Below are positions 50,580 to 59,698 of a stretch of DNA of 64,000 nucleotides, in pieces; positions within the stretch are counted from its first letter, which is position 1; the number at the start of each line of letters is the position of its first letter. Location: the NCBI GenBank assembly GCA_963827475.1, contig CAWHAZ010000005.1, forward strand, positions 672,001-736,000, read 5' to 3'. The notes under the pieces were generated by a model. That model saw only the letters and a list, made by a program, of their open reading frames with translations. It was not told the DNA's origin and made no database searches. This DNA is from an uncultured Chloroflexia bacterium. Lineage in GTDB: Bacteria > Chloroflexota > Limnocylindria > QHBO01. The position numbers were made by a program, and so were the translations under genes.

Positions 50580-52553
50580 TTGACCGCGACCCCGTCCCTG
50601 CTAGATCGCGTCACCGAGCCCGGCCAGCTGCGGTCCATGACCGACGCCGAGCTCGATCAGCTGGCGCTGGAGCTGCGCGAGAAGATGATCCGGACCGTCC
50701 AGCAGACCGGCGGCCACCTGGCCTCCTCGCTCGGCGCGGTCGAGATCGCCATCGCCCTGCACCGGGTGATGGACTCGCCGCGCGACCGGATCGTGTGGGA
50801 CACCGGCCACCAGGCGTACGCCCACAAGCTGCTCACCGGGCGGGCGGCCGCGTTCGGCAGCCTGCGCCAGGTCGACGGCATCGGAGGCTTCCCTCGTCGC
50901 ACCGAGAGCGACCACGACGTGTTCGATGGGGGCCACGCCGGGACCGGGGTGAGCATCGCCGCCGGCCTGGCCGCGGCCCGGGACCTGCTCCCCGCCGGCG
51001 ACCCGGGCCGCAGGCAGCGGATCGCGGTCTGCGTCGGCGACGCCGCTCTTGCCAGCGGCCTGACTCTCGAGGCCCTGAACCACCTGGGCCAGATCCACAG
51101 TCGGCTGTTGATCGTGCTCAACGACAACGAGATGAGCATCAGCCCCTCTGTCGGCGGGATCTCGACCCGCCTGAACCGGCTCCGCCTGTCCCGCGCCTAC
51201 CAGGGCACGAAGTCGGTCACCGCCCGGGTCCTGCCCCGCATCCCGCTCATCGGCCGCCCGGCGTACGACGCCCTTGCCTGGGCGAAGGAGGGCTTCAAGC
51301 GGTCGTGGGCCAAGGTCTCGTTCTTCGAGGACATGGGCATCACCTACATCGGTGTCCTCGACGGCCATGACCGATCCGACCTCGAGCAGGCCTTCGAGTC
51401 GGCCTTCCAGATCGACCGACCGGTCCTCATCCACGTGAAGACGATCAAGGGCCGTGGCTATGCTCCCGCCGAGCGGGACAGCCAGGCGTTCCACGGCGCG
51501 AGCCTGCCGCCGATCGACCTCGGCCTGATCGACCCCACCGAGGAGCCGCTGCCACCGCCCGGCGCGACCCGGCGCAAGCCGAAGACCTACACCCACGTCT
51601 TCACCGAGGAGCTGCTCCGCCTGGCGGCCACCGACCCGCGGATCTGCGCGATCACCGCCGGCATGCCGACCGGCACCGGGCTGGCCGCGTTCCAGGAGCG
51701 ATACCCGGACCGATTCTTCGACGTCGGGATCGCCGAGCAGCACGCGGTGACGATGGCCACCGGACTGGCCCTGGCCGGGATGCGACCGGTGGTCGCGATC
51801 TACTCCACCTTCAGCCAGCGCGCGTTCGACCAGGTCGTCCACGACGTGTGCCAGAACGACGCCCCCGTCCTGCTGGCCATCGACCGCGCCGGGTTGGTCG
51901 GAGAGGACGGCACGAGCCACCAGGGGATGTTCACCCTCCCCGCTCAGCGGGCCCTGCCGAACCTGGTCATCGGCTCCCCGAAGGACGAGCAGGAGCTGCG
52001 GGACATGGTGGTGACCGCCCTGGGCCACGACGGACCGATCTCGATCCACTACCCCCGCGACGCCGGCGAGGACCTGCCCGATCGCGACGGCCGCCCGCTC
52101 GAAATCGGCGTCGGGGACCTGCTCGAGGAGGGCGATGACCTGTTGCTGGTCGGATTCGGACCGATCGTCCAACGACTGCGAGCGGCGGCCGCCGTCCTGC
52201 GCACGGCGGGGCTGTCGGCGACGGTGATCAATGCCCGTTGGGCCAAGCCCCTGGACGCCGACCTGCTGGCCCGCCACGCGGCCGGCAAGCGGCTGGTGGT
52301 GACCGCCGAGGAGAGTGCGGCGATGGGCGGGTTTGGCGACGGGGTGCTCGACGCCCTGAACCAGGCCGCCGTCCGTGCGCCGCTGCTCAAGATCGCGCTC
52401 AACGAGGGGTTCGTCGACCACGGGGCGGTCGACGACCTGCGGCGACAGCAGCGGATCGACGTCCCAGGCATCGTGGCCCGCATCAGCGAGGCGCTCGGGA
52501 TCGAGGTCCCTTCCGACGAGCGCGAGGCCGCCCCAACCTCCACCGCCGCCTGA
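50580..52553 (+). CDS. dxs: 1-deoxy-D-xylulose-5-phosphate synthase
   Basis: GGHLASSLG, WDTGHQAYAHK, GDA, LNDNEMSI, DVGIAEQHA, DRAGLVGEDG. Confidence 0.95.
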   Translation: MTATPSLLDRVTEPGQLRSMTDAELDQLALELREKMIRTVQQTGGHLASSLGAVEIAIALHRVMDSPRDRIVWDTGHQAYAHKLLTGRAAAFGSLRQVDGIGGFPRRTESDHDVFDGGHAGTGVSIAAGLAAARDLLPAGDPGRRQRIAVCVGDAALASGLTLEALNHLGQIHSRLLIVLNDNEMSISPSVGGISTRLNRLRLSRAYQGTKSVTARVLPRIPLIGRPAYDALAWAKEGFKRSWAKVSFFEDMGITYIGVLDGHDRSDLEQAFESAFQIDRPVLIHVKTIKGRGYAPAERDSQAFHGASLPPIDLGLIDPTEEPLPPPGATRRKPKTYTHVFTEELLRLAATDPRICAITAGMPTGTGLAAFQERYPDRFFDVGIAEQHAVTMATGLALAGMRPVVAIYSTFSQRAFDQVVHDVCQNDAPVLLAIDRAGLVGEDGTSHQGMFTLPAQRALPNLVIGSPKDEQELRDMVVTALGHDGPISIHYPRDAGEDLPDRDGRPLEIGVGDLLEEGDDLLLVGFGPIVQRLRAAAAVLRTAGLSATVINARWAKPLDADLLARHAAGKRLVVTAEESAAMGGFGDGVLDALNQAAVRAPLLKIALNEGFVDHGAVDDLRRQQRIDVPGIVARISEALGIEVPSDEREAAPTSTAA

Positions 52554-52556
52554 CCG

Positions 52557-53420
52557 ATGCCCGGCCCGCGGCCGGGCGCCCGCGTCCGGGCTGACCAGCT
52601 CGCCGTCGACCGCGGACTCGCCCGCTCACGGTCCGAGGCGCAGGCCCTCCTGCTGGCCGGCGCGCTCCACCTCGAGGGCGCCGAAGGGCGCCGGCTGACG
52701 CCGGGCCAGCGGCTCGATCCCGGCGCGCCGCTCGTCCGTGACGACGGTCCGTCGTGGGCGTCGCGCGGCGCGGACAAGCTGGTGGCCGCCCTCGACGCGT
52801 TCGAGCTCGACGTCGCGGGAGCCGTCTGCCTCGACGCCGGCGCGTCGACCGGCGGCTTCACCGACGTCCTGCTGCGGCGCGGAGCGCGGCGGGTGTACGC
52901 GGTCGACGTGGGATACGGGCAGCTCCTGCCCCGGCTGGCCGAGGACGAGCGGGTCGTCGTCATGGACCGGACAAACCTGCGCACCCTGGAGGCGCTCCCC
53001 GAGCCGATCGACCTGGCGACCCTCGACCTGTCGTTCATCTCGCTCCGCCTCGTCCTCGACACGGTGCGCTCGAAGCTGAGCCCCGGCGGGCAGATCGTGG
53101 CCCTGGTCAAGCCCCAGTTCGAGGCCGGGCGGGCAGACGTACCGCGAGGCGGCGTCATCCGTGACCCCGCGGTCCACCGCCGGGTCCTGGTCCAGCTTGC
53201 CGTGGACGCCGCGGACGCGGGCCTCGAGCCGATGAGTCTGATCGCCTCGCCGCGCACGGGGCGTGAGGGCAACCGGGAGTTCCTGGCCCTCCTCCACCCG
53301 CTCCCGGAAGCCGGCGGTCGACCCGTCCCCGGAGGCGCGGCGTGGGACAACCTCGTCGATCGGGCGCTCTCCGGAAGCGGCGGGCCCTCCCCAGGACGTC
53401 GATCGCGTATTACGATCTGA
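52557..53420 (+). CDS. tlyA: TlyA-family rRNA 2'-O-methyltransferase
   Basis: SRGADKL, DAGASTGGFTD, VDVGYGQL, DLSFISL, LVKPQFE, GNREF. Confidence 0.92.
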   Translation: MPGPRPGARVRADQLAVDRGLARSRSEAQALLLAGALHLEGAEGRRLTPGQRLDPGAPLVRDDGPSWASRGADKLVAALDAFELDVAGAVCLDAGASTGGFTDVLLRRGARRVYAVDVGYGQLLPRLAEDERVVVMDRTNLRTLEALPEPIDLATLDLSFISLRLVLDTVRSKLSPGGQIVALVKPQFEAGRADVPRGGVIRDPAVHRRVLVQLAVDAADAGLEPMSLIASPRTGREGNREFLALLHPLPEAGGRPVPGGAAWDNLVDRALSGSGGPSPGRRSRITI

Positions 53421-53422
53421 CT

Positions 53423-53764
53423 GTGGCGAGGACCACCGCCCGCGCGCCCCGCGTCGAACAGCTGAGTGTCGGCTTCGACATCGAGCCCATACCCATCGGC
53501 CAGGAGCCGGCGTCGGACACGATGCGCCAGATCGTGTCGATCCGGATGCCCGACGCCCTCATCCAGCGGGTCGAGACCGTGGCCAAGTCCCGCGGCGTGT
53601 CCCCGTCGTCGCTCATGCGGGCGCTCATCGCCGCCGGGCTGGACCGCTCGTATGCCGCCCTGACCGAGTCCGAGGCCGCATCCGACCTGGCGGCCGAGCT
53701 CGCCGCCCTGCGGCAGCGGATCGAGGACATCGCCGCCAGCCTGGCCGCCGACCGCCCGTCGTGA
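53423..53764 (+). CDS. Ribbon-helix-helix (CopG-like) protein with a C-terminal coiled coil
   Basis: IVSIRMPDALIQRVETVAKSRGVSPSSLMRALI. TACGAT 6 nt before GTG 53423. Confidence 0.65.
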   Translation: MARTTARAPRVEQLSVGFDIEPIPIGQEPASDTMRQIVSIRMPDALIQRVETVAKSRGVSPSSLMRALIAAGLDRSYAALTESEAASDLAAELAALRQRIEDIAASLAADRPS

Positions 53765-54612
53765 GCGGCCCGCGCCTCGGGCGCATCGGGTTCGTCGTCA
53801 GCCGCTACAACCCCGATGCCGCCGCGGTCCTGGCTCGTGGACGGGCCTGGTGCGCCGCTCACGAGGTCCCGGCCTGGGACGCGGTCGCGGACGACGAGGC
53901 GCGGCTCACCGCGGAGCTGCCCGGGAGCGACCTGGTCGCCGTCCTCGGCGGCGACGGGACGTTCCTCCGCGTGGCGCGCGTCATCGGTGACAGCGAGGTG
54001 CCGGCCCTCGGCGTGAACCTCGGGCGGGTGGGGTTCCTGGCCAAGGTCGAGCCGGACGAGCTGGAGTCCGCGCTGGACGGGATCGCCGCCGGTCGCCACA
54101 CGATCGCCGAGCGGATGCGGTTGTCCGCCACCGTCCACCGCCGCGACGGCGAGCCCACGGCGGAGGCCTGCCTGAACGAGGTGGTCGTCGCCCGCGCCGC
54201 CCAGGTCCGCCTCATCCAGGTCGAGGTCGAGGTCAGCGGCAGCCACCTCGCCACCTACCTGGCCGACGGGGTGGTGGTGGCGACCCCGACCGGATCGACC
54301 GCGTACTCGTACTCGGCCGGCGGCGCGCTGATCGACCCGCGGCTCCGCAACCTGGTCATCACCCCGGTGGCCGCCTACCTGTCGGCCATCCACAGCGTGG
54401 TGGCGGGGGACGAGCACCGCGTCCGTCTCCACCTGCGCGAGGCGTTCGGCGGCGCGGTCGTCTCGTTCGACGGCCAGCGCGACGTGCCGATCGAGGTCGG
54501 GGAGTGGGTGGAGGTCCAGGCCCTGCCGGTCCCGCTCCGCCTCGTCGAGCCGGAGGGCAGCACCCCGTTCTACGACCTGCTGCGGACCAAGGCCTCCCTC
54601 CTTCCCGACTGA
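53761..54612 (+). CDS. nadK: NAD kinase
   Basis: LGGDGT, GVNLGRVGFL, LNE, ADGVVVATPTGSTAYSYSAGG. Confidence 0.93.
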   Translation: MSGPRLGRIGFVVSRYNPDAAAVLARGRAWCAAHEVPAWDAVADDEARLTAELPGSDLVAVLGGDGTFLRVARVIGDSEVPALGVNLGRVGFLAKVEPDELESALDGIAAGRHTIAERMRLSATVHRRDGEPTAEACLNEVVVARAAQVRLIQVEVEVSGSHLATYLADGVVVATPTGSTAYSYSAGGALIDPRLRNLVITPVAAYLSAIHSVVAGDEHRVRLHLREAFGGAVVSFDGQRDVPIEVGEWVEVQALPVPLRLVEPEGSTPFYDLLRTKASLLPD

Positions 54613-54615
54613 GCC

Positions 54616-55512
54616 GTGACCGACCCGGACATCGACCCGCGCCTGCAGGCCGCCATCGACGAGTTCCTGCTCGAGCTGCGCGTGGAGCGGGGGCTGTCCC
54701 CGCTGACCATCGCCGCGTATCGGCGCGACCTGCTCCAGTTCGCCGCCATGGCCGGCCGCCGCTGGCGAGACGACCCCGCCGTGGTCGGGGAGTTCGTGGC
54801 CCGTCTCGGGCGCCAGGGCCGGCGGGCGACGACCCAGGCCCGCAAGGTCGCGGCCATCCGCAGCTTCTACGGCTTCGCCCGGCGCGAGGGGATCATCGAG
54901 CGGGACCTCGCCGACCTCATCGACCCGCCACGCCCCGGACGCTACCTGCCCGAGGTCCTGGCTCCCGACGAGGTGGAGCGCATCCTGGCCATGCCGGCCG
55001 ACGACCCGGCCGGCATCCGCGACGCGGCCATCCTCGAGCTGCTCTACGCCTGCGGCCTGCGCGTGTCCGAGCTCACCGGGCTCGACCTCGACCGCCTCAA
55101 CCTGCCGGGGCTCGAGGTGCGGGTCATCGGCAAGGGCAACCGGGAGCGTCGCGTGCCCATGGGCGAGCCGGCACGCGAGCGTCTCCATCGGTATCTGTCC
55201 GGCCCGCGGACGGCCTGGACGGCCGGTCACCCGACGCCGGCGGTCTTCGTTTCGCAGCGTGGAGGGCGGCTCGGGCGGGAGTCGGTCTGGCGCCTGGTGC
55301 GGCGCTGGAGCCAGGCGGCGGGCGTCGGTTCGGACGTCACCCCGCACACCTTCCGCCACAGTTTTGCGACCCATCTGCTCGAGGGCGGAGCCGATCTGCG
55401 GGTGGTCCAGTCGCTCTTGGGCCATGCTAGCATCAGCACCACCCAGCTCTATACCCACCTGACCGGTGAGCGCGTGCGGGAGGTGTACTCCCGGGCGCAC
55501 CCGCGAGCCTGA
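54616..55512 (+). CDS. xerD: Tyrosine recombinase XerD
   Basis: [51 protein letters not shown]. Confidence 0.9.
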   Translation: MTDPDIDPRLQAAIDEFLLELRVERGLSPLTIAAYRRDLLQFAAMAGRRWRDDPAVVGEFVARLGRQGRRATTQARKVAAIRSFYGFARREGIIERDLADLIDPPRPGRYLPEVLAPDEVERILAMPADDPAGIRDAAILELLYACGLRVSELTGLDLDRLNLPGLEVRVIGKGNRERRVPMGEPARERLHRYLSGPRTAWTAGHPTPAVFVSQRGGRLGRESVWRLVRRWSQAAGVGSDVTPHTFRHSFATHLLEGGADLRVVQSLLGHASISTTQLYTHLTGERVREVYSRAHPRA

Positions 55513-55520
55513 GGAGACCG

Positions 55521-56320
55521 ATGAGTTACGCCCGTAAGCTGCTGGCCCGTGGCGAGGAGGTGGTCCTCGAGAGCCGGCAGCACTGGTTCGTGGTCATCGG
55601 CCGCTCGTGGTGGGCGATCATCCTCGCCATCCTGGCCCTGGCCGTCCTGATGTTCGTGGCCGGCCCGCCGGAGGAGGATCTCGACGGTCCGGTCGAGATC
55701 GGCGCCCTGATCGCGCTGATCATCGGCCTGGGGCGGATCGGCTGGGTCATCTGGGACTGGAAGAACACCGAGTTCCTGGTCACGAACCGTCGGATCGTGC
55801 GGGCCGAGGGCATCCTGAACAAGCGGATGGCGGCGACCAGCCTGGAGAAGGTGAACGACGCGGTCCTGACCCAGAGCCTGTTCGGGCGCTTCTTCGGGTT
55901 CGGCGACCTCGACATCCTGTCGGCCGCGGAAGAGATCGGCGGGATCGAGGACTACCCGATGATCGTGGACCCGGTCGACTTCAAGGTCGCGATGCTGAAC
56001 CAGAAGGAAGCCATCGAGCGGCCCGACCTGGCGCCCCCCGCCTACCAGCGCCAGCCCGCTCCGGACCTGGTTCCCGCCGAGCCGATGCCGCCGCGCGCCG
56101 GCAGCGACCAGGTGACCGTGGTCGACCAATCCGCGCGGATGCGCCGGCCACCGCGCCCGTCCCGCCTCCGGCCCCGGCCGAGGCTCCTCCCGCCGCGCCG
56201 GCTCCGGCGGCCGATGACGCCACCGCCACCCTCGAGCGCCTCGCCTCCCTCCGCGACCGGGGCCTGATCACCGCCGAGGAATACGACGCCAAGAAGCGCG
56301 AGCTCCTGGAGCGGATCTAG
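55521..56320 (+). CDS. Bacterial PH-domain membrane protein with a C-terminal SHOCT; frameshift near 56135
   Basis: Two TM helices, FLVTNRRIV, QSLFGRFFGFGDL. LERLASLRDRGLITAEEYDAKKRELL lies in the frame ending at 56320. Confidence 0.78.
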
Positions 56321-56321
56321 C

Positions 56322-57185
56322 GTGGCCGACGCTCCGGCCACAACCGGGCTGGGCCAGCGGATCGAGTCCGCGGCGGCTGCCATCCGCGACCGCCTGGCTG
56401 CCGAGCCGTCCCTCGCCACGCCCCGTCTCGGTCTCGTCCTGGGCTCCGGTCTCGGGGCGGTGGTCGACCTCCTCGATCCCGAGCCGCGGATCCGGATCCC
56501 GTACGCGGAGATCCCCGGGGTGCCGGTGTCGGGCGTGGCCGGACATGCCGGGGAGCTGGTGGCGGGCCTGGTCGGCGGCCGGCCGGTCCTCGTCCTCGCC
56601 GGGCGGGTCCACGCCTACGAGGGGTACAGCCATCGGGAGGTCACGATCCTGCTCCGCGCCGCGTTCCGGGTCGGCCTCGAGGCGGTGGTCCTGACCAACG
56701 CGGCGGGCGGCCTGAACCCGGACTTCGAGCCGGGCGAGCTCATGCTCATGACCGATCACATCAACCTCTCGGGCGACAACCCGCTGTTCGGCCCGAACCT
56801 CGACTTCCTTGGCCCGCGCTTTCCAGCCCTGACCGATGCCTACGACCCGGAGCTCGCCGCCCGCGCGCGCGCGGCCGCCGAGCGGACCGGTGTCCGACTC
56901 CGCGAGGGGGTCTACGTGATGCTGTCCGGGCCGACCTACGAGACCCGGGCCGAGCTGCGGATGCTCCGCCAGCTGGGCGCCGACGCGGTCGGCATGTCGA
57001 CCGTGCTCGAGGTCATCGTGGCCCGTCACGCCGGCGTCCGGGTCTTGGCCATCTCGCTGATCACCAACAAGGCGACGCCGGACGTCGAGACCGGCGCGAC
57101 CCACGAGGAGGTGATCGAGATGGGCCGGATCGGGGCCGGCCGGCTGGCGACCCTGCTCGGCGCGCTCCTGCCGGAGATCGCCTAG
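56322..57185 (+). CDS. punA: Purine nucleoside phosphorylase (trimeric type)
   Basis: LGSGLG, GHAG, GRVHAYEG, TNAAGG, GPTYET, VGMST. Confidence 0.92.
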   Translation: MADAPATTGLGQRIESAAAAIRDRLAAEPSLATPRLGLVLGSGLGAVVDLLDPEPRIRIPYAEIPGVPVSGVAGHAGELVAGLVGGRPVLVLAGRVHAYEGYSHREVTILLRAAFRVGLEAVVLTNAAGGLNPDFEPGELMLMTDHINLSGDNPLFGPNLDFLGPRFPALTDAYDPELAARARAAAERTGVRLREGVYVMLSGPTYETRAELRMLRQLGADAVGMSTVLEVIVARHAGVRVLAISLITNKATPDVETGATHEEVIEMGRIGAGRLATLLGALLPEIA

Positions 57186-57187
57186 GC

Positions 57188-57808
57188 GTGCTGTTCCTCC
57201 AGGGCCTCACGATCCCGGCCATCGCCGGGATCCTCATCGGCATGCTGGCCGGGATCACGTTCCACGAGTTCAGCCACGCCTTCGCCGCCGACCAGCTCGG
57301 GGACCGCCGGCCCCGGGCGCTCGGGCGGGTGTCGCTGAACCCGCTGCGCCACCTCGACCCGTTCGGCACCGTCCTCCTCGTCCTGGTCGGGATCGGCTGG
57401 GGCAAACCGGTGCCGGTGGCGGTCGAGGCCCTGCGGAGCGGGCGGACGGGGCTGGCGCTGGTGGCCGCCGCCGGTCCGGTCGCGAACATCGTGGTGGCCC
57501 TGGTCCTCGCCGGCACCTATCGCCTCGTCGACCTCGCCGGCCTGGGTGGCGAGGTCAGCCTCCAGCTGCTCTACACCGCGGTTGCGGTCAACCTCCTGCT
57601 GGCCATCCTCAACCTGATCCCGATCCCGCCGCTCGACGGGTTCGGGATCGTGATCTCCCTCGTCCCGGCTCGGTGGGAGTACACCATCCGCCCGTACGCC
57701 GGCTACGGGGTCGTGGTCCTGCTCCTCCTGCTGATCCTGCCCAACAGCCCGCTGTCCGCCATCCTCCGCCTCGCCTACCCGTGGGCGGCGGCCCTGTGCG
57801 GGATCTGA
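57188..57808 (+). CDS. Site-2 protease (M50)
   Basis: HEFSH, GWGKPV, AGPVAN, NLIPIPPLDG. Confidence 0.92.
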   Translation: MLFLQGLTIPAIAGILIGMLAGITFHEFSHAFAADQLGDRRPRALGRVSLNPLRHLDPFGTVLLVLVGIGWGKPVPVAVEALRSGRTGLALVAAAGPVANIVVALVLAGTYRLVDLAGLGGEVSLQLLYTAVAVNLLLAILNLIPIPPLDGFGIVISLVPARWEYTIRPYAGYGVVVLLLLLILPNSPLSAILRLAYPWAAALCGI

Positions 57809-57831
57809 GCGGAGAGGCTGGCGCCGGACCG

Positions 57832-58326
57832 ATGCGCCCCGCCTATCGCGTTCGGCAGTTCGGCGCCCACCTCCGCGCCCGGGTCAGCGCCGAGGAACGG
57901 GCCGACGCGCATGCCGCGCTTCCGCAACGGGCCGCGGCCGTGTTCGACGGGATGCCGGTGGCCGACCAGCGACACGCGTTGGACGTCCTCCATCGCCTGC
58001 GGGCGACCGGACAGACCGATGCCGACCTGCTGGCCGCCGCGCTGCTCCATGACGCGGGAAAGGGCCGGCGGATCCGGCTGTGGCACCGGGTGGTGACCGT
58101 GCTGGTCGAGGCCGTCGCCCCGTCGCGGCTGGAGAGCCTCGGATCCCCGGATCCCGCGTCGTGGCGTCACCCGTTCCACCTCCAGCGCCACCACGAGGCG
58201 CTGTCCGCCCGCGCCGCGCTCGAGGCGGGATGCGGCCCGCGGGTTGCGGCGTTCATTGCCGGCACGGCGGAGCCGGGCGATGCGCAGTTGGCGGCTGCAC
58301 TCCAGGCCGCCGACGCGGCATCCTGA
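57832..58326 (+). CDS. HD-domain protein
   Basis: DQRHALDV, AALLHDAGK, terminal AD. Confidence 0.75.
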   Translation: MRPAYRVRQFGAHLRARVSAEERADAHAALPQRAAAVFDGMPVADQRHALDVLHRLRATGQTDADLLAAALLHDAGKGRRIRLWHRVVTVLVEAVAPSRLESLGSPDPASWRHPFHLQRHHEALSARAALEAGCGPRVAAFIAGTAEPGDAQLAAALQAADAAS

Positions 58327-58330
58327 GCAG

Positions 58331-59104
58331 GTGAGCCAGACCTTCCCGATCGAGTCCGAGCCGCGGGTGGCCGTGGCGATCGGCCCGGCCCCCGAATTCC
58401 AGGTCGAGCTCGAGGTGTTCGAGGGCCCCCTGCCGCTCCTGCTCCACCTCATCGAGACGGCCGAGCTGGACATCCTGACCGTGCCCCTGTCCACGCTTGC
58501 GGACGGGTATGTCGCCTGGCTCGCCACCCATCCGGTGGATTCGGCCAACCTCGCCCAGTTCGTGGCCACCGCCGCCCAGCTCATCCTGCTGAAGTCCCGG
58601 AGCCTGCTCGCCGAGCCGGTGGATCCCATGGCGGCGGCGGGGGATGACATCGACGAGGAGGAGCTTCGGCGGCGCCTCCTCGCCTATCGCGCCATTCGCG
58701 ATGCGGCGCGGGAGATCGCCGGACGGGACCTGGTCGCCCCCATGTGGCGGCGGGAGCCACGCGCCGCGGATCTGCCCGAGGCGCCGCTCGCCCCCCTCGA
58801 TCGGGCGCTGCTGGCGGACGCCATGGCCCGGATGAGCGCGGTCGTCGAGCCGGAACCCGCTCCGCCGGAGATCGTGCCGCGGGAGGTGACCGTCGGCCAG
58901 CAGATCGCCGTGCTCCGGGAGGCCATGGCCGAGGGCGGGAAGCTCGTCCTGCAGGCCATCCTCGCCATCGGGACCAGCCGCACGGAACGGGTCGTGACCC
59001 TGATGGCCGCCCTCGAGCTCGTCCGCCGCCGGGAGCTGCGCGCCCGGCAGACGACGCTCTTCGGCCCGATCGTCCTCGAACGCACGAGCGGGGCCGGATC
59101 GTGA
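58331..59104 (+). CDS. scpA: Segregation and condensation protein A
   Basis: FEGPLPLLLHLI, ILLKSRSLL, AALELVR, QTTLFGPI. Confidence 0.9.
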   Translation: MSQTFPIESEPRVAVAIGPAPEFQVELEVFEGPLPLLLHLIETAELDILTVPLSTLADGYVAWLATHPVDSANLAQFVATAAQLILLKSRSLLAEPVDPMAAAGDDIDEEELRRRLLAYRAIRDAAREIAGRDLVAPMWRREPRAADLPEAPLAPLDRALLADAMARMSAVVEPEPAPPEIVPREVTVGQQIAVLREAMAEGGKLVLQAILAIGTSRTERVVTLMAALELVRRRELRARQTTLFGPIVLERTSGAGS

Positions 59105-59698
59105 CCGACCGGCAGGCCGGGGATGGGGACCTGGTCGCGGCCCTCGAGGCCCTCCTGTTCGTCGCCGACCGACCGCTCTCGACCGGGGAGCTGGCGGAGC
59201 TGGCCGAGGTCCCCGCCGGGACGGTGGCCGCGGCGCTGGCGGCGCTCGCGACGTCGCTCGGGGGCCGCGGGATCCGGCTCCAGCAGCTCGACGACGCCTG
59301 GCAGCTCACCACCGCGCCGGGGGTCGCGGATCGCGTCCGCCGCTATGCCGAGCGAAGCGAAGGGCGCCTCAGCCCGGCGGCGGTCGAGGCCCTGGCGGTG
59401 GTCGCCTACCGGCAGCCGGCGACCCGCGGTGACGTGGAGCGGGTTCGCGGCGTCGACTCGGAATCGGTCATTCGCTCGCTGCTGCATCGCCGGCTGATCA
59501 CCGAAGCCGGTCGGCGCGACAGCCCAGGCCGCCCGATCCTGTACCGGACGACGTTCACCTTCCTCGAGCGGTTCGGGATGGAGAGCCTCGAGGGACTTCC
59601 CGCGCTCGAGTGTCGACTCGGCCCCCACGACTACCGAAGCCGAGCAGGTGGACGAGGCCGCCGAGCCGGAGGTCGCGGCCGATCGGCATGGCGGGTGA
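59101..59698 (+). CDS. scpB: SMC-Scp complex subunit ScpB; frameshift near 59611 in the acidic tail
   Basis: LEALLF, LSPAAVEALAVVAYRQPATR, RGVDS, PGRPILYRTT, FLERFG. Confidence 0.9.

Noticed and set aside
26510-55512. Two tyrosine recombinases bounding a mobile island
   Set aside because: Both are XerC/XerD-like in housekeeping contexts and the interval consists of core genes.
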